NCBI GenBank assembly: GCA_048887225.1
Contig: JBHLJY010000003.1
Coordinates: 64,001 to 128,000, forward strand
Reading direction: 5' to 3'
Origin: Candidatus Hodarchaeota archaeon
GTDB lineage: Archaea > Asgardarchaeota > Lokiarchaeia > Sigyniarchaeales > SOKP01
DNA: 64,000 nt
A program made the position numbers and the translations under genes. The notes beneath the pieces are model-generated. The model did not search any database. It had not been told where the DNA came from and was given only the letters and a program-made list of their open reading frames with translations. This document shows positions 1-9,915 of this stretch, in pieces; within the stretch, counting starts at the first letter, position 1, and every line of letters begins with the position of its first letter.

Positions 1-20
1 AATACCACTATTATTCTATT

Positions 21-1136
21 ATGGAAAGCTGGAATATTTCTAAGAAGCTAAAAAGTGAGTTATTATCAAAAGCCAGTGGTATTGAAGATAATAGCAGAAG
101 GATATTATTTATTCTAAGAAATCTAGGACCACAAAGATTTACCAATTTAATAAAATATTCCAATTTAAGTAGATCTACAGTCTCAAAATACTTAAATCTC
201 CATAGTGAAAATAATTATATTGAACAGAAATTAATTCCCGATAAATTTTCCAATCAACGATATCGTGGATATGTCATAACAGATAAAGGCAAGGAAAAAC
301 TCGGTGCGGAACCTTTAAAGTTAAAGGAAGAATTATTTATGATAAATCAGCTTAAAGAAAACGTTAAAAAGCTTGAAAATTTAATTTCTTTTTATAAAGA
401 AATAGGTATTGAAGATTCTTTTATTTTTCATGTTGTACGAATTGTTTCAAAAATTGGAGAAAATTTCTTCGAAATTCAACAAGATAGAGATCTTTACCTT
501 GCATTGTTTTATGTTTTTTACAATTCTATTCTTGGTCAAGGTGCTTTTGCTAAAAAATATTGGAGGTTTGATGAGTCAAAAGTAGAACCTCAAGAGTTAG
601 ATAAAAATTTTCCTGGCTATAAATTGAATCTAGATCAATTTTGTGAAATTTACAATGTGGCACCAGAGGCTATTAATTACTTAGCAAGATTAAAATTAAT
701 GTCAAGTGAATTAGGATTTTATTTGATTAAACGTGAAAATGATGATTTCTTTTTTCACGAGGAAGATCTACTAGGAACAACAGCTTTACGCTTAATTAAA
801 GACCGACTAATTGAGGAAATTATATATATTAATTCCGGATTCCATACAGAACTCTATGATTTAGATAAAATGGCAGCAGAAATAACAGAGCAATTAAAGG
901 AAATGGGAATAATATGGGAGGCGATCCAAGAACAATTTGAAATATTAATTTTGAATCTTATTATAAAAAATTCTATCGATATGGGCTTTTTAGAAACGGA
1001 TAGAAAAAAACTAATGGAGAGAATTTCAGAATCAAAAAAATTAACTAACTCAATAGAAGGTAGAAAACTTAAAGAGAATATTTTGGAAGGATTTAATATA
1101 CAAAAAGATTTGAATATTCTTACAATCATAAAATAA
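21..1136 (+). CDS. Winged-helix DNA-binding protein (ArsR/MarR-like N-terminus) with an uncharacterised helical C-terminal domain
   Basis: N-terminal ILFILRNLGPQRFTNLIKYSNLSRSTVSKYLNL...GYVITDKG fits a wHTH plus wing. Confidence 0.7.
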   Translation: MESWNISKKLKSELLSKASGIEDNSRRILFILRNLGPQRFTNLIKYSNLSRSTVSKYLNLHSENNYIEQKLIPDKFSNQRYRGYVITDKGKEKLGAEPLKLKEELFMINQLKENVKKLENLISFYKEIGIEDSFIFHVVRIVSKIGENFFEIQQDRDLYLALFYVFYNSILGQGAFAKKYWRFDESKVEPQELDKNFPGYKLNLDQFCEIYNVAPEAINYLARLKLMSSELGFYLIKRENDDFFFHEEDLLGTTALRLIKDRLIEEIIYINSGFHTELYDLDKMAAEITEQLKEMGIIWEAIQEQFEILILNLIIKNSIDMGFLETDRKKLMERISESKKLTNSIEGRKLKENILEGFNIQKDLNILTIIK

Positions 1137-1184
1137 ATAAGAAAAAAAAAAATTAAATAGTTTAACCTTACTCTTTGAGTATGT

Positions 1185-2093
1185 CTATTTCCTTTTCTTT
1201 TTGATTACTATTATAAGTATAATTACCCCAATAATCGCAGCTACAACAATTAGAGTAATCCACCACCAATTTTCTAAGGTATAGACTAAACTTTGTCCTA
1301 ATATTGACAATTCAAATTTAGCGATTGTATCCCCGTCATATTCATATTCATAATAATAAAGAATTCCATCATCTGTGTATCTTGTTTCGGAATCAAAATC
1401 TTCAACACCCGCAGTTGTTGATTCTCTGTTTGTTTTTATACCAACGCCTTTATCTTGGAAAAAATAATTAACTTCCACATCATCGACAGCCCTCGTATCC
1501 TCCAAATTGTTGTCATCTAACCAATCATCGATCTCATTAACAATTTTATTCCATTTAAGATTTTTCGGAACAACAAATTGATAAAGCCCAATACCTAAGA
1601 TATCTTGAAGTCCGTGTAATGCGATTTCAGCATAGACTATTTCTTCGGCTTCATATATAGTGTATGATTCAAGTTTATCAAAGTCGTCCCAAGCTTCAGC
1701 ATCACTTAAATCTTCTGTTTCATACATATTGACTAGAATTTTTACATGTTTGACATCATCCTCATCATCAAGTCTATTAGTAATGTCATCCCAATCAGAT
1801 TCCTTCTCATCTCTAATGTCTTCTACATAAATTTTCCAAGCTTCTACATCATCATCCCAATCATACCAAGAAAAAAATGTATCTGCATTTTGTTCAGCTA
1901 CTAACTCAGATAAACCAATATCTTCGAAATAGTCCTCTAATGGTCCCTTATCGAATTCTGTCTTCCAAATAACCTCTTGCCCTTCGCTTACTCCTAGATA
2001 TCTAGGTTTATCCGCAGCGTAACCAACGGCAATATAGGGCATTAATAAAGATACCATCAACATTCCGTATACTAATATTTTTGATACTTTCAT
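1185..2093 (-). CDS. Acidic cell-surface protein with signal peptide and C-terminal TM anchor (paralogue of 2242..3105)
   Basis: Hydrophobic N-terminus, very D/E-rich body, C-terminal ENWWW-TM-KKKRK. Confidence 0.7.
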   Translation of the reverse strand: MKVSKILVYGMLMVSLLMPYIAVGYAADKPRYLGVSEGQEVIWKTEFDKGPLEDYFEDIGLSELVAEQNADTFFSWYDWDDDVEAWKIYVEDIRDEKESDWDDITNRLDDEDDVKHVKILVNMYETEDLSDAEAWDDFDKLESYTIYEAEEIVYAEIALHGLQDILGIGLYQFVVPKNLKWNKIVNEIDDWLDDNNLEDTRAVDDVEVNYFFQDKGVGIKTNRESTTAGVEDFDSETRYTDDGILYYYEYEYDGDTIAKFELSILGQSLVYTLENWWWITLIVVAAIIGVIILIIVIKKKRK

Positions 2094-2241
2094 TTTTCTA
2101 TCATTTTTTTTTGGAAATTAGCCTTAAGTTATTATTTTATTCTTTTATTTAAAAATATTATTTAAAATAGGGAGAAAATCATTTGAGATTACATAGTTTT
2201 GATATTATGTCATACAAAAAAGAGAAAAAATAAAGAAATTC

Positions 2242-3105
2242 TTATCGTTTTTTGACTTTTATTATGATAATAAGGATTATCATAACGATACATATTGCTC
2301 CAGCTAATAAAACCATCCACCACCAATTTTCGCGCAAATATGTACCTCCTATGGTATCCAATTCGAATCTAGCAATTACATCACCATCATAACTAAATTC
2401 ATAGTAATAAAGAATCCAATTAGTTGTATATTTGGAAATCGATCCGAAATCCTCCACTTCCGAACTATATTCGTTATTATATTCAGTAGTTATTCCTACT
2501 TCTTGTTGAGCGAAAAAATATGTTCTTTTTGTGGTATCAATGCTGAGTCTATCTTCATCACCAGTATCGTCAACACTGTCCTCAATCTCATTTACAATCT
2601 TATAAAATTTAAGATTCTTTGGAAGAAAAAACGCAGAGAGTCCCATAGTGTAAGGAATAAATGCTGAATAAAGTTCTTCATCGGGTTCAAAAATTTTCGA
2701 GGTTTCATATTTTTCCATTTTCTTCCAAGCTTCAGGATCATTGATATCTTTTGTTTTGTACATATTATAAATAAATTTAACTCGATCATATTCTTCTGTG
2801 CCAACAGAATCTTCTTTTTCTTCTCTAATGTCAACGATATATATTTTTCTCCCCTCATCCTTTTCATTCCAATCCATAAGATCAAAATCCTCGTCAGCTT
2901 CCAACTCTGCTTCAGTTTCAGTCTTTCCTAGATCTTCATAATAATCTTCTAATGGGCCTTTATCGAATTCTGTCTTCCATATATACGTTACGCCTTCATC
3001 GATTCCCACATATTCAGGCTTTTTTTCTGCTTTAGCGATAACTATATACGATACGAAGAAAGATGCAAGAAGTAAACCATATAATAAAATTCTACACTTT
3101 TGCAT
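2242..3105 (-). CDS. Acidic cell-surface protein with signal peptide and C-terminal TM anchor (tandem paralogue)
   Basis: Shares WKTEFDKGPLEDY, PKNLK, ILYYYE..YDGD.IA.FEL and ENWWW-TM-basic tail with the neighbouring gene. Confidence 0.7.
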   Translation of the reverse strand: MQKCRILLYGLLLASFFVSYIVIAKAEKKPEYVGIDEGVTYIWKTEFDKGPLEDYYEDLGKTETEAELEADEDFDLMDWNEKDEGRKIYIVDIREEKEDSVGTEEYDRVKFIYNMYKTKDINDPEAWKKMEKYETSKIFEPDEELYSAFIPYTMGLSAFFLPKNLKFYKIVNEIEDSVDDTGDEDRLSIDTTKRTYFFAQQEVGITTEYNNEYSSEVEDFGSISKYTTNWILYYYEFSYDGDVIARFELDTIGGTYLRENWWWMVLLAGAICIVMIILIIIIKVKKR

Positions 3106-3209
3106 TTGAACTCTTTTTTTTTGAATTAGTATTAAATATGTACCATCTTCACTAGTAAAAAAGTTTTTTTTAATTCCTTAAAAAACGAAAAAAAAGCGAT
3201 TTTCATACT

Positions 3210-4154
3210 TTAAGAATAATCTAACATTTTATTAATAGGGATTAGAGCTTTTTCGGCAATCGGTTTTGGAACTTTAATTTCAAAATTTTTATCATCCAAA
3301 TTTTCGAGGAGATATTTAATCAACTCAAGACTGTGTTTTTTCATATTATAACAAATCATCTTATCACTTGCTAAATAATAGTCATTATTCGGAAAATCCG
3401 CAGCCATACGTTCCATAAGACCTTTTTCAGTTCCTATTACAAATTCATTTATCTCAGGTGGACTTTCTTTAACGTATCTATACATATGTGACGTAGAACC
3501 AACGAAATCTGATAATTCTCTAACATTTCGAACGCATTCTGGATGTACTACCACTTTAGCATTAGGATACTCTTTTTTTTTTTGCTTAATATCATCTGCC
3601 GTCAATTGAGAATGAACATAACAATGCCCTTTTTCAGGCATTTTGATTGTTTTAATGCCTGATATTTGTTCAGTATAATCTGCCAAATTTGCATCAGGAC
3701 CAAATAGAATTGCTTCAGCATCAAATTCTTCCTTTATTTTTTGTACTATTTTTACGGCGTTGGAGGATGTACAACAAATGTCTGATTCTGCTTTTACAGC
3801 TGCGGTAGAATTAACATAAGTTACGACAGGTAAGCCGGGATAATTTTGTCTAAATTCTTTTACCAATTCTGGCGTAAGAAACGCTGCCATTGGGCAACAA
3901 GATTCATAATTAGGAATTAAAACATGCTTATCTTGATTCAATATTGATGCTGTTTCAGCCATAAAATCAACTCCAGCAAATATTATATATTCTGTATTTG
4001 CTTTTTCTTTGGCTGTACGAGATAATCCGAGTGAATCTCCTAAGAAGTCAGCGATCTCTTGAATTTCTATTATTTGATAATAATGAGCTAAAATAGTAAC
4101 ATCATTTTTCTTTTTTAAATCCAAAATTTCTTCTTGGAGTTGATTCATATTCAT
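3210..4154 (-). CDS. nadA: Quinolinate synthase
   Basis: ILAHYYQ, GDSLGLS, FMAETA, YVNSTA, CTSSNA, HPEC; three Fe-S Cys (CPMA, CYVH, CYNMK). Confidence 0.95.
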   Translation of the reverse strand: MNMNQLQEEILDLKKKNDVTILAHYYQIIEIQEIADFLGDSLGLSRTAKEKANTEYIIFAGVDFMAETASILNQDKHVLIPNYESCCPMAAFLTPELVKEFRQNYPGLPVVTYVNSTAAVKAESDICCTSSNAVKIVQKIKEEFDAEAILFGPDANLADYTEQISGIKTIKMPEKGHCYVHSQLTADDIKQKKKEYPNAKVVVHPECVRNVRELSDFVGSTSHMYRYVKESPPEINEFVIGTEKGLMERMAADFPNNDYYLASDKMICYNMKKHSLELIKYLLENLDDKNFEIKVPKPIAEKALIPINKMLDYS

Positions 4155-4255
4155 AAGTATTTGAAATCTAAAATGATTTTATTATTCAATATAAGTTTCA
4201 CAGACAATTAAATCATCTGATTATAAAAAAAATATCTTAAAATTTAAGTAATTAT

Positions 4256-6049
4256 ATGATAAAATCAATGGAGAAGAAAAAAATTTATTTAATTCTTAGT
4301 CTCTTTCTTATAATCTCTAGTATAATTTTAGCTGTTCTATCGATAATTTTTGCGTATTCCATATCAATACAAAGAAATTCATTTCTTGAGAAAGAAGAGA
4401 TTTATTTTGAGAAGTTTTCTGTAAAAGTGAAAGATGGGATTGAAATTAAAGGATTATTATATGTAGATGAAGATCTAGAGGAAAAAGAAGACAATTCTGT
4501 TCCATCTGTATTATTACTCCATGGATTAAATGGTCGTAAGGAACATAAAATGGATATTGTTTTTCAGTTTGTTAAATGTGGATTTGCCGTTTTTTCTGTG
4601 GAGCAGCGCGGACATGGAGATTCTGGTGGTTTTATCAGTTTTTTAGATAAAGAACCGGGCGATATGGAAGATGTAATTGATTATATTGAGGACCATTTTG
4701 ATTTTTCTAATGTATCACACATCGCCTTATTAGGCTTTTCATATGGAGGTGGAATTGGCGCAATCCTACAATCTTCTGATGATAGAATTTATGCCTCTGT
4801 TTTATATCACCCTCTAGTCTCAATAAAACATTTAACTGAATTAATGCCTTTCCAAAATCTCATTGGAGTTACTTATAGCGTAGGCCCTCTTGAAGATATT
4901 AAAGATGGATTCGATGTTTGTACTCCAACTAATACAGCTAATTTACTTTTAATTCATGGAGAAGATGACGAACTCATTTCCTCAGATGATAGTAAAGAAT
5001 TATATGAACAAGTTGATGGAAATTATCGAAATGATATTGGTTTGGAAATTCGACCAGACTTGAATCATTTTGAAACCGAAGTAGACGATGAATCCTTAAA
5101 ATATGCTATTGTATGGTTAGAGCATTTTTATCACGATAAGACTATCGATATTACTAATAGAGATTTTGAAATAAGCTCAATAAAATTAAAAGATTTTGAT
5201 TATCCTGAGAGTTTACTTCCAGAATATTTAATTTTGATTTCAGCAATAATTTTATTTCTCGGAATTAGTTTATTATTATTGCCAAGAAAAATATGGCCTC
5301 TTTCAAGCGACATTCCTTCAAATGAAACAATAGATGACGAGAGAGATCCCCAACTCTATAAAAAAATGGTGTTATCGCATATAGTAATTTATGTTATTCC
5401 CGTAATTATAGGCGCACCCTTATTTGCTATTTTTAATCCCTCTTATCTATTTGGATACTCCTTAATAATACCTATAGCAACGATAATTTTGTTTCTGTTA
5501 ATGCCAAGGTTTGGATATTCTGATTGGAAATCAAAATATAGCTCACATTTAAAAACGGAATGGAATGATTGGTATAACAATAATTTGAAATTACTTCTAT
5601 ATGGCTTATCCATAGTTATGGTTCCAGTATTATTTTACGTTATAATCTTTAATTTTAATGCTAATCTAATGACTAGCTTTCCCATTCCTTTTTTCAATAC
5701 TACAATGATTCTCTACCTCTCAATGGGTATTAGTACTTTTTATATGGATTATTTAATGATACGTGGCATAAAAACTCAACATTCTATTATATTAATTGGA
5801 CTAAGATCTTTAACTTTGATTATATTCTTCACATTTATACCAATTCCACCATTTGGTTTTACTGGGCTTCCCATAAGTGGTGAAATTGCTCAAATATTAA
5901 TTTTTTCATTGATGGGGCTTGTTTTTTGGGCAGCTCTTATGTTGATGAGATTACTTAAGAAGATCTACAAAAATATTATTCCAGTTATGCTGATCTTCTT
6001 TCTCCCCTTAACTATATTTTTATTATTTTTAGTTATCAGAATAGTATAG
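4256..6049 (+). CDS. Membrane-anchored alpha/beta hydrolase with multi-TM C-terminal domain
   Basis: LLHG, RGHGDS, GFSYGG nucleophile elbow, HGEDD, NH; N-terminal TM and about 8-9 C-terminal TM segments. Confidence 0.8.
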   Translation: MIKSMEKKKIYLILSLFLIISSIILAVLSIIFAYSISIQRNSFLEKEEIYFEKFSVKVKDGIEIKGLLYVDEDLEEKEDNSVPSVLLLHGLNGRKEHKMDIVFQFVKCGFAVFSVEQRGHGDSGGFISFLDKEPGDMEDVIDYIEDHFDFSNVSHIALLGFSYGGGIGAILQSSDDRIYASVLYHPLVSIKHLTELMPFQNLIGVTYSVGPLEDIKDGFDVCTPTNTANLLLIHGEDDELISSDDSKELYEQVDGNYRNDIGLEIRPDLNHFETEVDDESLKYAIVWLEHFYHDKTIDITNRDFEISSIKLKDFDYPESLLPEYLILISAIILFLGISLLLLPRKIWPLSSDIPSNETIDDERDPQLYKKMVLSHIVIYVIPVIIGAPLFAIFNPSYLFGYSLIIPIATIILFLLMPRFGYSDWKSKYSSHLKTEWNDWYNNNLKLLLYGLSIVMVPVLFYVIIFNFNANLMTSFPIPFFNTTMILYLSMGISTFYMDYLMIRGIKTQHSIILIGLRSLTLIIFFTFIPIPPFGFTGLPISGEIAQILIFSLMGLVFWAALMLMRLLKKIYKNIIPVMLIFFLPLTIFLLFLVIRIV

Positions 6050-6079
6050 GAACTTTACTCAATAATAAAAAAGATAAAA

Positions 6080-7297
6080 TTAAATGAGATTGTATTTTTT
6101 AGCAATCTCTAGAAAACTTTTTGTAAAATGCCTTACCTGTTCCCATGTAAGGCCATAAGTGCTATACTTCATATCTTTAGAAATACCAGGGAGCATGCCT
6201 ATAATCCCTCTTTCTTTAAATTCGTCTCTCACAAAGAACCCTTTTCGTGGATGTGTTTTAGCAACATTAGCAAAACCTTCTGTTGTTATATTAGTTAATG
6301 GATGAATCTTTGGTAATTTGCCATTAACATATAAACCTTTCACTTTTTTAATTTCATTAATGACGTAATTAGCTTTTTTAGCTTCTTCTTCTGTGAATTT
6401 CTTCTGTGTTCTTTTAACCACAGTAGGAAAGCTTGCCATAAGTGTAATTAACGGAGCTCCATAAACTGGTGGGCACCCCATAACATTACAAATTTTGCTT
6501 GGAAAAGATTTCGAAGAGATATTACCTTGTATTTTTGATAGATTGATGATATCTTCGTAGAAATCTTCTCCAAATCCTAAAATACCGATTGGACCCGACG
6601 CCGCCATTGATTTGTGTCCACTACAAGTTATGAAATCCACTTGAGAATCTTTACAATCAACAGGTAAGGTACCTACAGAATAAGCAGCGTTTAATAAGAA
6701 GGGCAGATTGTATTTCTGGCAAATCTCAGCGATAGGTTTAGGATCATTATAATTTCCAAATTTGTAATCGACATGAGTTAAAAGTACTAACAATGGTAAT
6801 TCGTTTTCTTGATCTTTTACCTCCTTAATAATGTTCTCGTAATCTGAAGGATCTATTTTAAATTCTGGATCTCCTGAATTGGGGACTTCACTCAGATTTA
6901 AATTATTTGATTCTATCGCGAGATATGTAGTATAATGTGCTAAACTATCAATTACAACAGTTTTTCGTTTTGGATATTTTTTAGCAAGAATTTGCATGAC
7001 CATATTCTTGGATTCTCTTGCTGAAGCAGTAATCAAAACATTATCTATATTCAGAAATCTAGCTAAATCTTTTATGAATTCAATAATTGGAGGATTTTCT
7101 ATTTTATCAATTCTCCCTTTCATACAATTGTCACATATACTATATCCATCCCCATAAGCTATTAATGCTTTATAAGCTTGTAGTGTTAAAATACCTCCTC
7201 TTTGAATCGGATGAATATTTATAAACTCTTCATTAACCGTACGAGAGAGATTTCCGTATTTTTGGACTAACTCGTTATTATATTCTAATTTTGACAT
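6080..7297 (-). CDS. pscS: O-phosphoseryl-tRNA:Cys-tRNA synthase (SepCysS)
   Basis: NIHPIQRGGIL, GDGYSICDNC, AHYTT, SGHKSMAASGPIG (PLP Lys), STYGL. Confidence 0.92.
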   Translation of the reverse strand: MSKLEYNNELVQKYGNLSRTVNEEFINIHPIQRGGILTLQAYKALIAYGDGYSICDNCMKGRIDKIENPPIIEFIKDLARFLNIDNVLITASARESKNMVMQILAKKYPKRKTVVIDSLAHYTTYLAIESNNLNLSEVPNSGDPEFKIDPSDYENIIKEVKDQENELPLLVLLTHVDYKFGNYNDPKPIAEICQKYNLPFLLNAAYSVGTLPVDCKDSQVDFITCSGHKSMAASGPIGILGFGEDFYEDIINLSKIQGNISSKSFPSKICNVMGCPPVYGAPLITLMASFPTVVKRTQKKFTEEEAKKANYVINEIKKVKGLYVNGKLPKIHPLTNITTEGFANVAKTHPRKGFFVRDEFKERGIIGMLPGISKDMKYSTYGLTWEQVRHFTKSFLEIAKKYNLI

Positions 7298-7424
7298 AAA
7301 TCTTACCGATAATCTTTTTTCTAATCTTTCTACATGATTAAATTTTTATAAATTTAAAAAGAATTTTTAAAAATTACGCCAAATTTACTATTGTATTATA
7401 TATTTAAAATTTAAGAGGAAAATT

Positions 7425-7973
7425 ATGCCGATTATTATGCCTAGTCCGAGAACAGGAAAAGAACCTCAGATTCACGAGAAAGCTTATATAGCACCAAGTG
7501 CAACAATCATTGGCGACATAGCAATTGAGGAAGGAGTTAATGTGTGGTTCGGAGCGGTTTTAAGAGGTGATTGGGGTACAATTAAAATTGGTAAAAACAC
7601 AAGTGTCCAAGAAAACGTTACGATTCATATAGAAATGGGATCAACAGTAGAGATTGGAGAGGATTGTATTATAGGACATCATGCGATGATCCATGGTCCA
7701 TGTGTTATTGAAAGAGGATGTCTTGTGGGAATAGGTGCGAATGTTTTACATAGATCCAAATTAGGAGAAGGTTCTGTACTAGCTGCTGGTGCTGTTTTAT
7801 TAAATAAGGAAATTCCTCCTAGAAGTTTAGCAGTAGGGATCCCCGCAAGCGTTAAAAAAGAAGGTATCTATAAAGGAAAACTGGAAGGCGCCAAAACATC
7901 AGGCGAATATGCTAAAAACGGTATTGCTTTTAAGGAATTTTTTAAAAAAAATCCTGAATATACGAAATATTAG
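7425..7973 (+). CDS. Gamma-class carbonic anhydrase family (YrdA/PaaY-like) hexapeptide-repeat protein
   Basis: AYIAPSATIIGD, AVLRGD, VQENVTIH, IGH, IHG metal His residues. Confidence 0.88.
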   Translation: MPIIMPSPRTGKEPQIHEKAYIAPSATIIGDIAIEEGVNVWFGAVLRGDWGTIKIGKNTSVQENVTIHIEMGSTVEIGEDCIIGHHAMIHGPCVIERGCLVGIGANVLHRSKLGEGSVLAAGAVLLNKEIPPRSLAVGIPASVKKEGIYKGKLEGAKTSGEYAKNGIAFKEFFKKNPEYTKY

Positions 7974-7997
7974 TTATTTTATTTTATCTTTTTTTAT

Positions 7998-8747
7998 TTA
8001 TTTTGAGCATAAGCAATTCTCGTCTTTAACAACTTGTATTTTATCAAATCTTAAATCTAATAGATTTACCATTAGTAAATGGTTATATAGATTTGGAAGC
8101 CCTAATGCTGTCTTAATAATTTCTAAAGCCTCTAATGTTCCTAATATTCCTGGAGTAACACCTATTACCGGTAAAGGACCTGCATTTGGATCTATCGAAT
8201 CTTTTTCAGGACCAGGAAAAACACATTGATAGCATGCGCTCTTTTTAGGGTTAATTGTAATGATTTGACCATAAAAGTCTTTTATTCCTGCAATTACACA
8301 TTTCATATTGTTTTCCACGGCAACTTTATTAACAAGAAATTTAGTTGGTAAATTGTCACTACAATCAACAATAAAATCTTGACCTTTTAAATACTTTTTA
8401 ATTGAAGTCTCGTCTATATGATCCTTATATGTGTTTACTTGAACTTCAGAATTGAGATTTGATAAAACTTCTTTTGTTAAATCAGCTTTATTTTTTCCAA
8501 TTTGCGTTTCGTTATATAAAATTTGCCTCTGTAAATTCGAAATGTCGAGAATATCGTTGTCTAATATTGTCAGTTCTTTTATTCCTGCAGCGGTTAGATA
8601 TAATGAGCAAGGAGACCCTAATCCCCCAGCTCCAATTTGCAAAATGCTAATTCTTGACAATTTTTTTTGCCCTTCCTCACCAATTAAGGGGGATATTATT
8701 TGTCGAGAATATCTCTTTTTTTGATCTTCAGTTAAAATTAAATTCAC
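7998..8747 (-). CDS. ThiF/MoeB/UbaA family E1-like adenylyltransferase
   Basis: RYSRQI, GAGGLGS, D..SNLQRQ, DCSDN, CYQC, C-terminal CLC. Confidence 0.9.
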   Translation of the reverse strand: MNLILTEDQKKRYSRQIISPLIGEEGQKKLSRISILQIGAGGLGSPCSLYLTAAGIKELTILDNDILDISNLQRQILYNETQIGKNKADLTKEVLSNLNSEVQVNTYKDHIDETSIKKYLKGQDFIVDCSDNLPTKFLVNKVAVENNMKCVIAGIKDFYGQIITINPKKSACYQCVFPGPEKDSIDPNAGPLPVIGVTPGILGTLEALEIIKTALGLPNLYNHLLMVNLLDLRFDKIQVVKDENCLCSK

Positions 8748-8748
8748 C

Positions 8749-9129
8749 TCAGAAATTTAATATAGCTTTAATTTTTTTAATAGTTTCTTCAATTTCTATA
8801 AGAATTAAGCCTAAATTAACGTTCAAATCCAGTAATGAGACAAGAATTATCTGGTCAGTTATTTTTAGTACAATTAATTGGTATTCTGTTCCTAATTCTA
8901 CTATAAGATTATTAAATTTAGTAGGTCCTAAAGTTTTTATAGCAGTTTCAATAGCCCCAAACATAGTAGCAGCCATTGCTCCAAATTTTCGATCATCTAT
9001 ATCTCTTGGTAATCTAGAAGTAATTAATAAACCATTACTTTTCACTATAGCAGTACCGATTATGCCGCTAATTACCTCTAAATTCATTAATAATCCGTGA
9101 AGGTCTTCACTTTTGCTTTCTGAACTCAT
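8749..9129 (-). CDS. Roadblock/LC7 (MglB-like) domain protein
   Basis: GIIGTAIVKSNGLLITS...KFGAMAATMFGAIE...NLGLILIEIE. Confidence 0.88.
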   Translation of the reverse strand: MSSESKSEDLHGLLMNLEVISGIIGTAIVKSNGLLITSRLPRDIDDRKFGAMAATMFGAIETAIKTLGPTKFNNLIVELGTEYQLIVLKITDQIILVSLLDLNVNLGLILIEIEETIKKIKAILNF

Positions 9130-9258
9130 TAATTCGTAAAATTGACTTAATTCTAAAATCTCACTAAAAATGTGATATAAAATAAACTCATTTATAAAAA
9201 TATATAATATTTTTGAATAAAATAAAGAAAACTTTAGATTTATAAATTACACAGGATA

Positions 9259-9459
9259 TCATCTATAAAATCCTTTATTACCATTAAACGGTCTATATCG
9301 GTTTCGCCAGCTAGGTTGCCTCAATTTGGCAGTTCTTCCGAAACCACAACTTGCGCAGTATCTCTTTCTCCTGTGAAAAGAATGTTTTCCACAACGCCTA
9401 CATGTCTTATGAGTAGCGGCCTTATTCTTCTTGCCTTTGCTAGGTGTTCCTTTACCCAT
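9259..9459 (-). CDS. rpl37e: 50S ribosomal protein L37e
   Basis: MGKGTPSKGK..THKTCRRCGKHSFH...CASCGFG. Confidence 0.97.
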   Translation of the reverse strand: MGKGTPSKGKKNKAATHKTCRRCGKHSFHRRKRYCASCGFGRTAKLRQPSWRNRYRPFNGNKGFYR

Positions 9460-9463
9460 ATTT

Positions 9464-9781
9464 TCACCCTTCCTCCTCTAATTCGTCTCTATGCATTAAC
9501 TCGTCGTGATCAAGTTCGGACTCCGAAAATAAAAGCTTTTCTCTTTCTTGACCAATAAAAATAATTGAAGCACCTCTAATCATAACTGTACCCAAGTTTT
9601 TAGATCTTTTTCCTCCCCTCCCAAAATAGATTTCTTTAGCGTTTTCAACTATTAAATTCATGTAATTATCAAATTTTATTAATTTTCCAGTTAAATATGT
9701 GTTCCAGATTTTTAACTTTATACGTATCTCTGGTTTTAATATCGCTTTACTAAGTGTCCTCGAAACTGTATGTTGAGACAT
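9464..9781 (-). CDS. Sm/LSm RNA-binding protein (SmAP)
   Basis: GKLIKFDNYMNLIVENA (Sm1), LGTVMIRG (Sm2); conserved position upstream of L37e. Confidence 0.9.
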   Translation of the reverse strand: MSQHTVSRTLSKAILKPEIRIKLKIWNTYLTGKLIKFDNYMNLIVENAKEIYFGRGGKRSKNLGTVMIRGASIIFIGQEREKLLFSESELDHDELMHRDELEEEG

Positions 9782-9915
9782 CGAAAAAAACTCTCTATGA
9801 AGTTATTTCTATTTAAGTTTGTAAATTATCCCAAATTATAAATATTTTTTTATTTAAGAAAGGATTTGCACTATTAACGCTCAAATTTAAACAATTGTAA
9901 TTGAGTTGAATAATA

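Noticed and set aside
9901-9909. TTG-AGT-TGA as a selenocysteine/read-through start of the dehydratase gene
   Set aside because: The TGA is not at a conserved Cys position and is part of an SD-like GAGTTGA; a near-cognate start downstream is simpler
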